NCBI GenBank assembly: GCA_964425075.1
Contig: CAYRKM010000002.1
Coordinates: forward strand, 1 to 62,057
From: an uncultured Gammaproteobacteria bacterium
GTDB lineage: Bacteria > Patescibacteriota > Microgenomatia > Levybacterales > GWA1-39-11
Length of the DNA stretch: 62,057 nucleotides
Reading direction: 5' to 3'
Shown: in pieces, positions 1 to 10,988 of the stretch
Layout of the letters: every line of letters starts with the position of its first letter
Position numbering within the stretch: the stretch's first letter is position 1
Notes under the pieces: generated by a model
The model's database searches: none
What the model saw: only the letters and a program-made list of their open reading frames with translations
What the model was told of the DNA's origin: nothing
Made by a program: the position numbers and the translations under genes

Positions 1-497
1 CACCATTTGCGATGCTTTGTGCTTTGGGGGCTGATTATTTTTTAAGAATTTTCAAAAATAAAAGAGGGGTTGTTATCTCCTTTTATTCGTTCATGGTTTT
101 ATATATTTTTCTTGTTCTTTATAAAATCAAGCCATATTACCTAGATTACTTTAATGAAGTAGTAGGGGGAAATGTATATGTTTATAATCACCAACTCTTT
201 CAAATGGGGTGGTGGGGACAAGGAATAGGGGAAGCTGTGCAGTACATAGCCGAGAAAGAAAAAAATCCTGTAAAAGTAGGAATTACTGGCACTCAATCAA
301 TGATTGTAGTTCCTCGATTAAAAAATCTAACCTTAATGGATTATAAATCTAATTTGAGATATGATTATATTGTTGTACCATATTTTAATGTTGTTAGGCT
401 CGGACTTAATGAGAGTGAAATAATGGAAGAATACACTTCAGTTTATGAAGTAGAAGCAGGTGGGGCACCAATTGTGAGGGTGTATAAAAGAAATTAG
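1..497 (+). CDS. membrane glycosyltransferase-like protein, C-terminal fragment (5' end outside window)
   Basis: The frame is open from the window edge: codons P-F-A precede the first Met at 12. One TM segment is followed by a soluble tail. It lies in a cluster with GT2 and GT-C genes. The family call rests on context and composition only. Confidence 0.4.
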   Translation, partial: PFAMLCALGADYFLRIFKNKRGVVISFYSFMVLYIFLVLYKIKPYYLDYFNEVVGGNVYVYNHQLFQMGWWGQGIGEAVQYIAEKEKNPVKVGITGTQSMIVVPRLKNLTLMDYKSNLRYDYIVVPYFNVVRLGLNESEIMEEYTSVYEVEAGGAPIVRVYKRN

Positions 498-1207
498 ACT
501 GAAAGGCGAATTTTCATTATGTCTCGTATCCATGTAAATATTTCGTAAGCGCTAACCTTAGAACCTCCTCTTGTCCTATCCACAAATCTTATTGGAACTT
601 CCTTTATTTTAAAACCCTTTTTGGTAAGGACATAAGCAGATTCGGGTATTCTTACAAAACCACGACTGACAAATTTATGTTTTAGTAATATTTCAACGGC
701 TTTTTTTGAATAAAGTCTGTAGCCATCAGTATTATCTCTTGCAGGAAGAGAAAGCAGGATTTTGATTAACGTGTTCGCAGTTTTGCTTAAGACTTTACGT
801 TTAAAGGGAATATTTACAACCTCTGCGCCTCTTATGTACCTAGAGCCTACCACAATGGTTTTGCTACCAGCCGCCTCAACTAATTTATTAATTTCTTTTG
901 GGTCATGGGAAAAGTCTGCGTCCATCTCGATTAAAAAATCGGGGTTAATTTTCTTTATAGCGTAGTCAAAGCCGTAAAAAACAGCTGTTCCTCTGCCGTC
1001 TTTCTTTTCTCTTTTAATAAATACTAAATTCTTGTATTTTCTTTTGTAATTTTCCAAAAGCTTTTCGGTTTTATCTCTTGAATTGTCATCAACAATAATT
1101 ACGTAGCACCCTGGCAGCTGCTTAAATAGTTCTGGAACTAATAGTTTTAAGTTTTGTGCTTCGTTATATGTTGGAACAATAACTGCAATTTTAAATTTAG
1201 AATTCAT
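494..1207 (-). CDS. GT2 polyprenol-phosphate mannosyl/glucosyl-transferase (Dpm1/GtrB-like)
   Basis: KIAVIVPTYNE, VIIVDDNSRD and EMDADFSHDP are the classic GT2 Dpm1-type motifs. The ORF is open to a TTG at 1219. The ATG at 1207 (MNSKFKIAV) lies 11 nt below a minus-strand TATAAT (1224..1219). Confidence 0.8.
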   Translation of the reverse strand: MNSKFKIAVIVPTYNEAQNLKLLVPELFKQLPGCYVIIVDDNSRDKTEKLLENYKRKYKNLVFIKREKKDGRGTAVFYGFDYAIKKINPDFLIEMDADFSHDPKEINKLVEAAGSKTIVVGSRYIRGAEVVNIPFKRKVLSKTANTLIKILLSLPARDNTDGYRLYSKKAVEILLKHKFVSRGFVRIPESAYVLTKKGFKIKEVPIRFVDRTRGGSKVSAYEIFTWIRDIMKIRLSV

Positions 1208-1368
1208 CGAATTTAACAATTATAGCATTGTTGCAAGCAATACTGTAATTGTAAATAAATCATGAAGTATAATTAGAATGTGAATAAAAAGAGAGAAATT
1301 CTATACATTTTATGGACATGTTTAATATTGGCGCTTTATTTATACCATTTACTTTGTAGGGCGGACAT

Positions 1369-2934
1369 ATGTTTAAAATTGCTGTAGCTATTGGAATTTA
1401 TTCATATTTAATATTTGTCATTGGAATTTCAGGATTTCTATTTCCTCAGATTATTGCAATCTCAACAATTCTTTTTCTTATTTTTTGCGTTTTGTTTTTT
1501 GGAAATTCAACTACAAAAAAAATTCATTTTAAGTTCAAATATAGAGAAATTGGTTTATTGATAATTTTAATTGCGATGGGTGGGGTAAATTTGATTGGAG
1601 CATTGGGGCCTGAATTAGCGTTTGATGCATTGTGGTACCACCTAACAATACCAAAGGAATTCATTCTGCAGAATAAAATTTTTTATATTCCAGGTAATCT
1701 TTTATATTATTCAGCGATGCCTATGTTAACGGAGATGCTTTATATTCCGGCTTTAGTCTTTGGCAACGAAATGGCCGCGAAAATCATACATTACATGCTT
1801 GGTATTCTCACGTGTATTGTTATATACAAATTCGCACGTTTATATCTTGATAGGTTTTACTCAATTTTAGCTGTTGTTATTTTTTACTCCAACCTGGTTG
1901 TGGGATGGCTTTCTATAACTGCATTTTCAGACTTATCCAGAACATTCTTTGAAATTTTAAGCTTCTATTTGTTTGCAACATTCCTAAAAACTAAAAACAA
2001 AACATTTTTTTATCAAAGCGCGATTATTTTAGGATTGGCTGTTTGCTCAAAAATCCTGGCTTTAGAAAGCATTGTTGTATATGTTTTGCTTTTGGTTTTT
2101 TACTTTAAAAGTAAAAAAACTGTTGTGATTAAGTTACTGCAATTTATTGGGATAGTGCTAGGAGTAAGTCTACCGTGGTTTTTGTTTGCATATTTTTCAA
2201 CAGGAAATCCTCTATTCCCGATTTTTAGTGAATACTACACTCCAGAAACCTCGCTTAATATCTTAAATCCTATTGAGGTTGTGAAATCCCTTGTTTCTAT
2301 TTTTCTGTTTTCTCAAGATCCGTTGAGTCCAATTTATATTATGGTATTTCCTTTGCTTCTCAAAAGTAGAAAGCAATTATTTGAAAAAAATAAAGAACTA
2401 TTAGTATTTTTATTTGTGACAATTTTTATTTGGTATGTTACTCCTCAAAGTGGGGGAGGACGATTTATAACTGCCTATCTTCCTGTTTATTCAATTATTT
2501 CAGCGCTTTTGATATTTAAATATAATTTTCAGCTTAAAAAAATATTACTCTGTGCGGTATATGTTATTGCTATTGTGTCTATATTTTACAGAGGTGCGGC
2601 AAACTCCAAATTTTTGCCTGTGATTTTGGGCATAACTGGAAAGGATGATTTTTTAATGCAAAACCTTAATTTCGAATTTGGTGACTTTTATGATGAGAAA
2701 AATGATATTAAAAAAATTGTACTAGACGAAAAAGTATTGCTGGTTGGACTACATAACCTTTATTATGTTGACTTTTTACATGATGATATTTCATGGAGTA
2801 GAAATAAAAAATACAGCTACATACTTACTCAGAATCAAGTATTAGATAAGTCAAAATACATTAATTACCTGTCTGTTTATAAAAATAGAAAAACTCATGT
2901 TACACTGTACAAATTAAATGAAAAGGACAATTAA
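1369..2934 (+). CDS. polytopic GT-C type glycosyltransferase (ArnT/PMT-like)
   Basis: 521 aa with more than 10 predicted TM helices. An acidic first-loop motif (ELAFDALWYH) follows an early TM helix, then a C-terminal soluble domain. It sits adjacent to the polyprenol-P-sugar synthase. Confidence 0.55.
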   Translation: MFKIAVAIGIYSYLIFVIGISGFLFPQIIAISTILFLIFCVLFFGNSTTKKIHFKFKYREIGLLIILIAMGGVNLIGALGPELAFDALWYHLTIPKEFILQNKIFYIPGNLLYYSAMPMLTEMLYIPALVFGNEMAAKIIHYMLGILTCIVIYKFARLYLDRFYSILAVVIFYSNLVVGWLSITAFSDLSRTFFEILSFYLFATFLKTKNKTFFYQSAIILGLAVCSKILALESIVVYVLLLVFYFKSKKTVVIKLLQFIGIVLGVSLPWFLFAYFSTGNPLFPIFSEYYTPETSLNILNPIEVVKSLVSIFLFSQDPLSPIYIMVFPLLLKSRKQLFEKNKELLVFLFVTIFIWYVTPQSGGGRFITAYLPVYSIISALLIFKYNFQLKKILLCAVYVIAIVSIFYRGAANSKFLPVILGITGKDDFLMQNLNFEFGDFYDEKNDIKKIVLDEKVLLVGLHNLYYVDFLHDDISWSRNKKYSYILTQNQVLDKSKYINYLSVYKNRKTHVTLYKLNEKDN

Positions 2935-4117
2935 TTTTTTTCTATTATTGCTTTTGTTTTTTGCACCCTTTGGACTCCTTTTGCGAATTAGAATAACTAA
3001 TAACGTATATATATTGCCCCAGGATATAATCGTTGGCGTTCTTGGGTTATTAGTTTTGTTTTTCTACCTCAAAAGAAGAAAAATGCCGAAGAATTATATA
3101 GTTCTAAAATTTTTTCTAATTTTCATTGCAATTGGAACATTAAGCGCTTTTATTAATTTTTTTCTGATCACAAACTACAATATATTAGTCGCTCTTCTTT
3201 ATTCTTTACGGTTTATTTCTTATTTATCATTACTATTTATTGCAGATGCAGTTGGTGGTAAATATAGAAAACTAGTGCTAGTTTCGGGATCAGTCATTCT
3301 GATTTTAGGATTTATTCAATATTTATTCTACAAAGATTTGGGGAACCTATCATACCTTGGATGGGATAATCACCTCTACAGATTATTCTCAACATTCTTA
3401 GATCCTAATTTTGCGGGCGCATTTTACGTAATTTTTTTCTTCTTCCTAATTCCCATGCTTTGGAAAAACTACAAAGCAAAGAAAGCAAAAAACTTTACAT
3501 TATATTTATTTTTAACCTCACTTTCGGTTTTTTCAATATTTTTCACTTATTCCAGGACATCTCTTGTTATGTTAGTAGTTGGAATAATTATTTTTTTCAT
3601 GACTTTAAAGAAAGTTAGGTTTTTGCTTATATCACTGTTTGCTATAGCATTTCTTTTATTATTCGTTTCTAATTTTAGAGTTGAAGGACTAAATCCTTTT
3701 CGCACTTTTTCGTCGCAAGCTAGAATAAGATCCACATTTGATGCTTTAGAAATTGTTAAGAACAACCCAATACTTGGTGTAGGCTTTAATGGATATAGGT
3801 ATGCACAAGTCCAGCATGGCTTCAGAAGTACAATAGGCGCAAAAATTAGTAACGCAGACGCTGGAACAGATAATAGCTTCCTATTTGTTCTTGCAACCTC
3901 AGGAATATTTGGAGCAGCTGCATTTTTATATGCATATTTTTTAATTCTCAAAAGAATAAATAAAAAAATAATTGAGGGAACAGCGGCATTTTCTCTGGTT
4001 GTATCAGTTTTGATTGGAAGTTTGTTTCTTAATATCCTTTTCTATACTCCTTTTTTAATGTGGTTTTATCTGATTGTGGGGTTAAACTTTGAAAAGAAAA
4101 TTAAGGTTGATAAGTAA
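2918..4117 (+). CDS. O-antigen ligase/polymerase family membrane protein (Wzy_C-like)
   Basis: Polytopic, with YSRTSLVMLVVG, NNPILGVGFNGYRY and a large loop carrying conserved H/R residues, typical of the O-antigen ligase family. It overlaps the upstream GT-C gene by 17 nt. Confidence 0.6.
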   Translation: MKRTINFFLLLLLFFAPFGLLLRIRITNNVYILPQDIIVGVLGLLVLFFYLKRRKMPKNYIVLKFFLIFIAIGTLSAFINFFLITNYNILVALLYSLRFISYLSLLFIADAVGGKYRKLVLVSGSVILILGFIQYLFYKDLGNLSYLGWDNHLYRLFSTFLDPNFAGAFYVIFFFFLIPMLWKNYKAKKAKNFTLYLFLTSLSVFSIFFTYSRTSLVMLVVGIIIFFMTLKKVRFLLISLFAIAFLLLFVSNFRVEGLNPFRTFSSQARIRSTFDALEIVKNNPILGVGFNGYRYAQVQHGFRSTIGAKISNADAGTDNSFLFVLATSGIFGAAAFLYAYFLILKRINKKIIEGTAAFSLVVSVLIGSLFLNILFYTPFLMWFYLIVGLNFEKKIKVDK

Positions 4118-4829
4118 CTTTTAGTTCTCCTTGATTTGTAATTCCAGCTGGGTTTTGCGCTACAACTAAAATCGAGTTATCTCCGTCTTTCAATTCTAGT
4201 AAATAAGAAAAATTACCAGAATTATCAACTATTGCACGGAATGAATTTACCGTCACTGTATTATCCGGATCGGTTTTTCCGCTAACTGTAATCTTTCTAT
4301 CTGCTCTTGTAAAAGAGGCTCCGTTTGAAGGGTTTGAAATTTCTAACACGGGTTTCTCTTTTATGTAAGAAACAGAATATTCTTCTGAAAAAGCGCTCGT
4401 TTTGTCCTTGGTTACGATACGTGCCTTTATTGAGTTGCTTCCGGCTGTAAGTCCAATTCTTTTAGCTGTAAAATCTGAAGAGCCATCAAGTTCAATTTCA
4501 TCTTCAAGCTCGTCATTAACATAAACTTCAATTGTTCCTTCATCAACAGATGCATTTCCGCTAAAATTTACATAAGCGCTCTGTGTAGCATTTGGAATAT
4601 CAAATAGGGTTGGTGGTTGTAAAATTTCCTTTCCTACAATTGGAGTTTCGTTGCTTGTACCCCTTATGGAGTAAATAATGTTACCAAAAAAGTTAATAAA
4701 AAAGGGACCAAACTGAATAAGAGCAAAAAGAAGCACAATAAATCCAACTCCAAAATAAAGAGCCTGTTTATTATTCTGTCGTACTGAAGTTCTACTGAGT
4801 CGTGAAGGTTGAATTTTTCTTCTTTGCAT
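4101..4829 (-). CDS. membrane-anchored hypothetical protein with beta-rich (Ig-like) ectodomain
   Basis: Basic N-terminus plus a single TM (ALYFGVGFIVLLFALIQFG), then a beta-strand-rich, S/T/N/D-rich region. The start lies 3 nt below atpC, so it is probably the last gene of the atp transcript. Confidence 0.55.
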   Translation of the reverse strand: MQRRKIQPSRLSRTSVRQNNKQALYFGVGFIVLLFALIQFGPFFINFFGNIIYSIRGTSNETPIVGKEILQPPTLFDIPNATQSAYVNFSGNASVDEGTIEVYVNDELEDEIELDGSSDFTAKRIGLTAGSNSIKARIVTKDKTSAFSEEYSVSYIKEKPVLEISNPSNGASFTRADRKITVSGKTDPDNTVTVNSFRAIVDNSGNFSYLLELKDGDNSILVVAQNPAGITNQGELKVTYQP

Positions 4830-4832
4830 AAA

Positions 4833-5243
4833 TTAATGCAGTTTTCTTTTCATTTTTTCTGCAGCATTTAGTTCCATAATTGATCTTGCTAACTCCTTTG
4901 TTGCAAGAGCAAAATCTTCCTCATTTTCTTTATTTTTCATAAGTTCTTCTGCTTTTTTCTTAGCCTCCAATGCTTTAGCAACCTCAATGTTTTCTGCCTT
5001 TATTGCGTGGTCTGAAAGAACTGTAACTGAACCTTTTTTTACTTCTAAAAACCCACCAATTAAAGCAATGATGGTGTTTTTACCTGATTTTTTTATCGTC
5101 ATTGTGCCCTCGGTAAGTTTTGCAAAAAGCGGAACATGCTGTGGGAGAATTGCTATTTCGCCTTGATCTGTTGGAAGAATTACTTCTTCTACTGAATCAT
5201 CGAAAATCGTTCCTAATGGTGACAGGACTTGAAGTTGAAACAT
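4833..5243 (-). CDS. atpC: F1 ATP synthase subunit epsilon
   Basis: 136 aa. The beta-sandwich N-terminus (LQVLSPLGTIFDDSVEEVILPTDQGEIAILPQHVP) and helical C-terminus fit epsilon, as does the position after atpD. Confidence 0.9.
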   Translation of the reverse strand: MFQLQVLSPLGTIFDDSVEEVILPTDQGEIAILPQHVPLFAKLTEGTMTIKKSGKNTIIALIGGFLEVKKGSVTVLSDHAIKAENIEVAKALEAKKKAEELMKNKENEEDFALATKELARSIMELNAAEKMKRKLH

Positions 5244-5254
5244 ATATAAGAGAG

Positions 5255-6643
<1,389 letters not shown>

Positions 6644-6654
6644 TTAACTATTAT

Positions 6655-7509
6655 TCATATTTGCTTACTATTTGCCAAATCTAGAATCTCATTTGTTATT
6701 CTTTCTTGGCGTGACTTATTATAAACAAGGGTAAGATAATCAGCAATATCAAATGCGTTCTTTTTTGCATTTTGCATGGCCATCATTCTTGCAGCTTGTT
6801 CGGAAGTATATGCTTGAAGTAGGGCATTATAAAGTTGGACTTCAAGGTAGTAGGGAAGAAGTTCAGTAAGAAGTTTTTCTTGTCCTGGTTCAAAAAGGGA
6901 ATCAATATTATCCTCATCTGGAAGCTCTCCTAGTGTGCTCATCGAAAAAGGAAGAAGAGTTTTTATGATTGGTTGTTGAGTAAAAAGCGATACAAAATCT
7001 GCATAAAGAAGATTGACTTTGGAAAACGCCTTATTTTCAAGTCCTTCATCTATTATTTTCTTAAGCTGAAAAACAAGCGAATAATCGGGTAATGTATTTC
7101 CCATGTGATAAGAAGCCATGAGTTCAAAATTAAGGCGAGCAGAGTAGTGACTAATTTTTTTACCGATCGTAACAATCTTTACTTTCTCATTTTCAAGCTC
7201 ATGCAATTTTTTATAGATATTTGTATTTAAGGAACCACAAAGACCTCTGTCTGGAGAAAAAGCAATAACAAGTGTTGATTCAGAGTCATTTCCGTTTATG
7301 TATGGATGACTAAATTTTTCAGTGTCTGCATTTCTAACAACCCTATCAACCATATTGTTAATTCTTTCTGTATAGGGCTTGCTGTTTGAAGCTTGTGTTT
7401 GAGCTTTTTTTATTTTTGAAGCTGAAATCATTTCCATCGCCTTTGATATTTGGGCAATGTTTTGAGAGGTCTTTATTCTTCTTTTTAAAAGTTGAAGGTT
7501 TTGTGCCAT
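6655..7509 (-). CDS. atpG: F1 ATP synthase subunit gamma
   Basis: N-terminal RIKTSQNIAQISKAMEMISASK and C-terminal NKSRQERITNEILD coiled-coil signatures. Confidence 0.95.
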   Translation of the reverse strand: MAQNLQLLKRRIKTSQNIAQISKAMEMISASKIKKAQTQASNSKPYTERINNMVDRVVRNADTEKFSHPYINGNDSESTLVIAFSPDRGLCGSLNTNIYKKLHELENEKVKIVTIGKKISHYSARLNFELMASYHMGNTLPDYSLVFQLKKIIDEGLENKAFSKVNLLYADFVSLFTQQPIIKTLLPFSMSTLGELPDEDNIDSLFEPGQEKLLTELLPYYLEVQLYNALLQAYTSEQAARMMAMQNAKKNAFDIADYLTLVYNKSRQERITNEILDLANSKQI

Positions 7510-7607
7510 ATTTAAAAAAGTAATTTATAAATACAAGTCATTTTTTTGAATATACCTTAATTCTAATGAGCGTCCTACTAATGGACGAGCATAGAGTTAA
7601 CGGTATT

Positions 7608-9119
7608 TTATTTTAAAGTCTTAATAAAGCTTGAAATTACGTCACTTAATTCTTTTTGTACTTTCTCATCCATTTTTTCTCCGCTCGAAAGCCTTGCAAT
7701 TAGTTTTTTGTTTTTAATTTTTATAAAGTCAAAGACTTTTTCTTCAAAAATACTAATTTTCTCAACTGGTGTTTCATCAAGAAGCCCTGTTGTTGCAGCA
7801 AAAATACTAATTATTTCTTGGCATTCATCAAGTGGTGCATATTGTGGCTGTTTTAATATTTCAACAACTCTCTTACCTCTTTCTATTCTTTTTTGAGTCG
7901 CTTCATCTAAGTCACTTCCAAATTGCGCAAAAGCCGCAAGTTCTCTGTATTGAGCGCTTTCCAGTCTTAGGGGTCCAGCAATTGGTTTCATTGCTTTCGT
8001 TTGAGCCGCTCCTCCTACACGAGAAACAGAAAGACCTGTGTTAATAGCTGGTCTAATACCTGAATTGAAAAGATCGTTTTCTAGGTAAATCTGTCCATCA
8101 GTAATAGAGATAACGTTTGTAGGAATATATGCTGAATTATCTCCAGCTTGAGTTTCGATAATAGGAAGAGCAGTTATTGATCCTCCCCCCTTACTTTCGG
8201 AAAGTCTAGCTGCGCGCTCTAATAGCCTTGAGTGAAGATAGAAAATATCTCCTGGATATGCTTCACGACCAGCAGGACGTCTTAGGAGAAGTGAGAGTTG
8301 TCTATATGCCCATGCGTGTTTTGATAAATCGTCAAATACCACTAGAACATCTTCTCCCTTGTCCATTAAGTACTCGGCAATAGAAGTTGCTGTAAATGGT
8401 GCGAGGTATTGATAAGCTGCAGAGTCAGAGGCACTTGCTGCAACTACAATCGTATAATCCATTGCCCCTTCTTCTGTTAATTTGCCAATAGTTCTTGCGA
8501 TATTACTTCTCTTTTGTCCAATTGAGCAATAAATACAAATAACTTGCTTGAGTCCAAGATCCTTTTTCTTTTGGTTGATTATTGTGTCAATTGCGATTGC
8601 TGTTTTTCCTGTATTTCTGTCACCAATAATAAGTTCTCTTTGGCCACGACCAATTGGTGTCATTGCATCAATTGCTTTTATACCAGTTTTAAGTGGGGTA
8701 TCAACAGGATGTCTTTCAACAACTCCAGGGGCAATTTTTTCCAAAGGGTAGAGTGGTCCTTTTAAGGAAAGCTTCCTTCCATCAAGTGGATTTTGAAGTG
8801 GGTCTATTGTTCTACCAATCAATTCCTCACTACCAATAACACCAAGTATTTTTCCTGTGGTTTTTGCTACCTCGCCCTCTCTTATGTCTGAGGGAGAAAG
8901 CAGAATAATTGAAGTGTAGTCTTCATTAAGATTGAAGGCGAGTCCCTTTGCACCATTGGCAAATTCAACTTCTTCTCCAAACCCAGCCTTAGAAAGACCT
9001 CGAACCTCAACAATACCGTCTCCTACACTTTCAACGGTTCCAATATTTTCAGTTTTTGGATTTACGTGAATTGTCGAAAGTCTTTTTTCAATTTGTTCAA
9101 TTATTTCTTCTGGTTTCAT
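7608..9119 (-). CDS. atpA: F1 ATP synthase subunit alpha
   Basis: Walker A GDRNTGKT, plus AYRQLSLLLRRPAGREAYPGDIFYLHSRLLERA. Confidence 0.98.
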   Translation of the reverse strand: MKPEEIIEQIEKRLSTIHVNPKTENIGTVESVGDGIVEVRGLSKAGFGEEVEFANGAKGLAFNLNEDYTSIILLSPSDIREGEVAKTTGKILGVIGSEELIGRTIDPLQNPLDGRKLSLKGPLYPLEKIAPGVVERHPVDTPLKTGIKAIDAMTPIGRGQRELIIGDRNTGKTAIAIDTIINQKKKDLGLKQVICIYCSIGQKRSNIARTIGKLTEEGAMDYTIVVAASASDSAAYQYLAPFTATSIAEYLMDKGEDVLVVFDDLSKHAWAYRQLSLLLRRPAGREAYPGDIFYLHSRLLERAARLSESKGGGSITALPIIETQAGDNSAYIPTNVISITDGQIYLENDLFNSGIRPAINTGLSVSRVGGAAQTKAMKPIAGPLRLESAQYRELAAFAQFGSDLDEATQKRIERGKRVVEILKQPQYAPLDECQEIISIFAATTGLLDETPVEKISIFEEKVFDFIKIKNKKLIARLSSGEKMDEKVQKELSDVISSFIKTLK

Positions 9120-9463
9120 ATTTTTAATTTTTCGATAGTATCTTCTAAGTATTTTTTAAATGTGAAGTCCATTATCATGTCATTTTGCTGAATCTTTATT
9201 CCAGCTCCAAGCGTTTTGTCATAGTTTACTTCTAAACCAAAATTCTTATACATGCTTTTTAAAAAACTCATCGTTTCCTTATTCAAGCTTGAAGAAGCTG
9301 TTATATATACTCTTTTTTTACTTATCGCCGTTTTGTATTCCCTCAAAAAAAACTTAAGCTCCCCTTTTGTTAAATTAAAAAGCACAAAATCGATAACTTT
9401 TTTACTCAGTTTGTCACTATTAGCACAACTAATTGCAAGTTGTGTAATTACTTTCTTTTTCAT
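9116..9463 (-). CDS. atpH: F1 ATP synthase subunit delta (OSCP), unusually short
   Basis: Lies between atpF and atpA with ATGA overlaps on both sides. The C-terminal GAGIKIQQNDMIMDFTF matches the conserved delta C-terminus. Only 115 aa. Confidence 0.75.
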   Translation of the reverse strand: MKKKVITQLAISCANSDKLSKKVIDFVLFNLTKGELKFFLREYKTAISKKRVYITASSSLNKETMSFLKSMYKNFGLEVNYDKTLGAGIKIQQNDMIMDFTFKKYLEDTIEKLKI

Positions 9464-9960
9464 ACATTTCTTATCTTAGTTACGCCTTTCTTAATAAGTT
9501 GTTGTTGCGTTTTCTCATCGAATAGCCCAATTATTGATTGTTCTAGTACTTTTTGAGCCAGTTCTAGAGCCATTCCCTTAGCTTCTTTTGCAAAATGTTC
9601 CCTTTCGAGATTAATTTGTTCCTTTGCGTCCGCTATAATCCTTTCTGATTCCTTCCTTGTGTCTTCAAGAATTTCGTCTCGTGCAGTAGTTGCTGCATTG
9701 CGTGCCTCATTAAGAACTCGCTCAGCCTCTTTACTTGCCTCTTCAAGGATCGTGTCTTTTTCAGACTCAGCTTTTTCAAGAGCTTTAGAAGCCTTTTCAG
9801 CGTCTTTAAGCCCTTGGTCAATTGCATCCTCTCTTTTTTTGAGAGTGGTCATGACCGGTTTGTATAGGAATCTCTTAAAAAGGTACGCAATCACCAAAAA
9901 ATTTACAAGTTGCGCAACAAACAACCTCCAATCGAATCCAAATTCATTGAGTAGTTCCAT
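9460..9960 (-). CDS. atpF: Fo ATP synthase subunit b
   Basis: A single N-terminal TM (LFVAQLVNFLVIAYLF) followed by a long charged coiled coil. Operon position fits. Confidence 0.9.
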   Translation of the reverse strand: MELLNEFGFDWRLFVAQLVNFLVIAYLFKRFLYKPVMTTLKKREDAIDQGLKDAEKASKALEKAESEKDTILEEASKEAERVLNEARNAATTARDEILEDTRKESERIIADAKEQINLEREHFAKEAKGMALELAQKVLEQSIIGLFDEKTQQQLIKKGVTKIRNV

Positions 9961-9979
9961 ATAGCTTATCTCTCCTCAA

Positions 9980-10186
9980 TTAGCCGATAAATGCAAGAAT
10001 CAAGGCATAGATAGCAATAGCTTCCGCAAATGCCATCCCTAAAAGCATTGCCGGGAGGATTCTTGGAGCAGCTTCCGGATTTCTTCCCATAGCTTCCATG
10101 GCCTTAAATCCAATAAGTCCAATAGTTAGCGCTGGAAAAATACCACCAAATGCAATAACGGCTCCACCCGTAAGTGTAAACTCCAT
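9980..10186 (-). CDS. atpE: Fo ATP synthase subunit c
   Basis: A 68-aa two-helix hairpin with a polar loop (GRNPEA) and the conserved carboxylate in helix 2 (GMAFAEAIAIY). Confidence 0.95.
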   Translation of the reverse strand: MEFTLTGGAVIAFGGIFPALTIGLIGFKAMEAMGRNPEAAPRILPAMLLGMAFAEAIAIYALILAFIG

Positions 10187-10189
10187 ATT

Positions 10190-10942
10190 CTAGTGACCAC
10201 CCCCTTCCTCATTTGTTGTAGATAAAATTGTCATAAATACCATAGTTAGCATTGCAAAAACAAGAGCCTGAACTAGAGCAACTATCGATTCAAGCATTAA
10301 AAAAGGAATCGGTGCTAAAAAAGCAAAAAGTCCTGCAACAGTTGCCAGGACTACCTCTCCCGCGAATATATTACCAAAAAGTCGGAAAGAAAGCGAGAAG
10401 ACTTTTACAGCTTCTAGGCAAAACTCGAGTATGCCAATAAACAAATTAACTGGATTAGGAGAAATAAATTTGCGTACATATCCACCAAAACCGTTGAATT
10501 TAATAGCAAATACATGAGTAGCAACTACAGAAATTGTTCCAAGAGCAAGAGTTAAGTTAAAGTCACTGGTTGCAGCTCTTAGTAGGGGAACAAGTTCAGT
10601 TGAGTGTTCTCCATGATGTTCAACTTCCCTCCAAAAACCGATTGTACCAAACCCAGGCAGCAGCCCAATTAGGTTCGCAAAGAGAATAAAAAGAAAAAAA
10701 CTAGCAAACCATGGAAAAAAGGCCGAAGTTTTTTTTCCTGCAATTTGCTCTGTCGTCTCATAGAGGTATTTAATTATCGGCTCAACAAAGGACTGTATGC
10801 CGCGAGGACGTAAGCGTATACTTTTATAAATTATAATAATAAGAGCAATAAGAAAAATATCAATAATTACTGTAGCTACCAACGTATTTGTGACTGGAAA
10901 GCCACCAAGGGACGTAATTAATTCTGGTTTTAATGAAGCCAT
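10190..10942 (-). CDS. atpB: Fo ATP synthase subunit a
   Basis: Contains the conserved LSFRLFGNIFAGE motif with the essential Arg. The ORF is open to 11014, which overlaps dnaE. The ATG at 10942 (MASLKPELI) sits 12 nt below a consensus-like promoter, so it is preferred. Confidence 0.9.
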   Translation of the reverse strand: MASLKPELITSLGGFPVTNTLVATVIIDIFLIALIIIIYKSIRLRPRGIQSFVEPIIKYLYETTEQIAGKKTSAFFPWFASFFLFILFANLIGLLPGFGTIGFWREVEHHGEHSTELVPLLRAATSDFNLTLALGTISVVATHVFAIKFNGFGGYVRKFISPNPVNLFIGILEFCLEAVKVFSLSFRLFGNIFAGEVVLATVAGLFAFLAPIPFLMLESIVALVQALVFAMLTMVFMTILSTTNEEGGGH

Positions 10943-10954
10943 AGGAATGTTGAT

Positions 10955-10983
10955 ATTGTAGCTAAGCTCTCGATTATAGTCAA
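10955..10983 (-). promoter_or_regulatory. atp operon promoter: TTGACT-N17-TACAAT, 12 nt upstream of the atpB ATG
   Basis: Read on the minus strand, the -35 TTGACT is 10983..10978 and the -10 TACAAT is 10960..10955. It lies in the 46-nt gap after the dnaE stop codon. Confidence 0.5.
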
Positions 10984-10988
10984 TACAA

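Noticed and set aside
762-965. Many 60-165 aa ORFs antisense to or nested in the large genes. Examples: 762..965, 3547..3951, 5825..6112, 9659..9964, 11461..11895, 19194..19688, 28566..28919, 42949..43224 and 54926..55324.
   Set aside because: Each lies entirely inside a well-supported gene on the opposite strand or in another frame. Their composition is S/L/F/I-rich and low-complexity, as expected for shadow frames, and they have no start context. They are treated as non-coding.
7510-7607. The 98-nt gap between atpA and atpG, considered as a possible internal regulatory RNA.
   Set aside because: There is only a 5-bp imperfect hairpin (CGTCC/GGACG), with no promoter-like or terminator-like signal on the coding strand. 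The evidence is insufficient.
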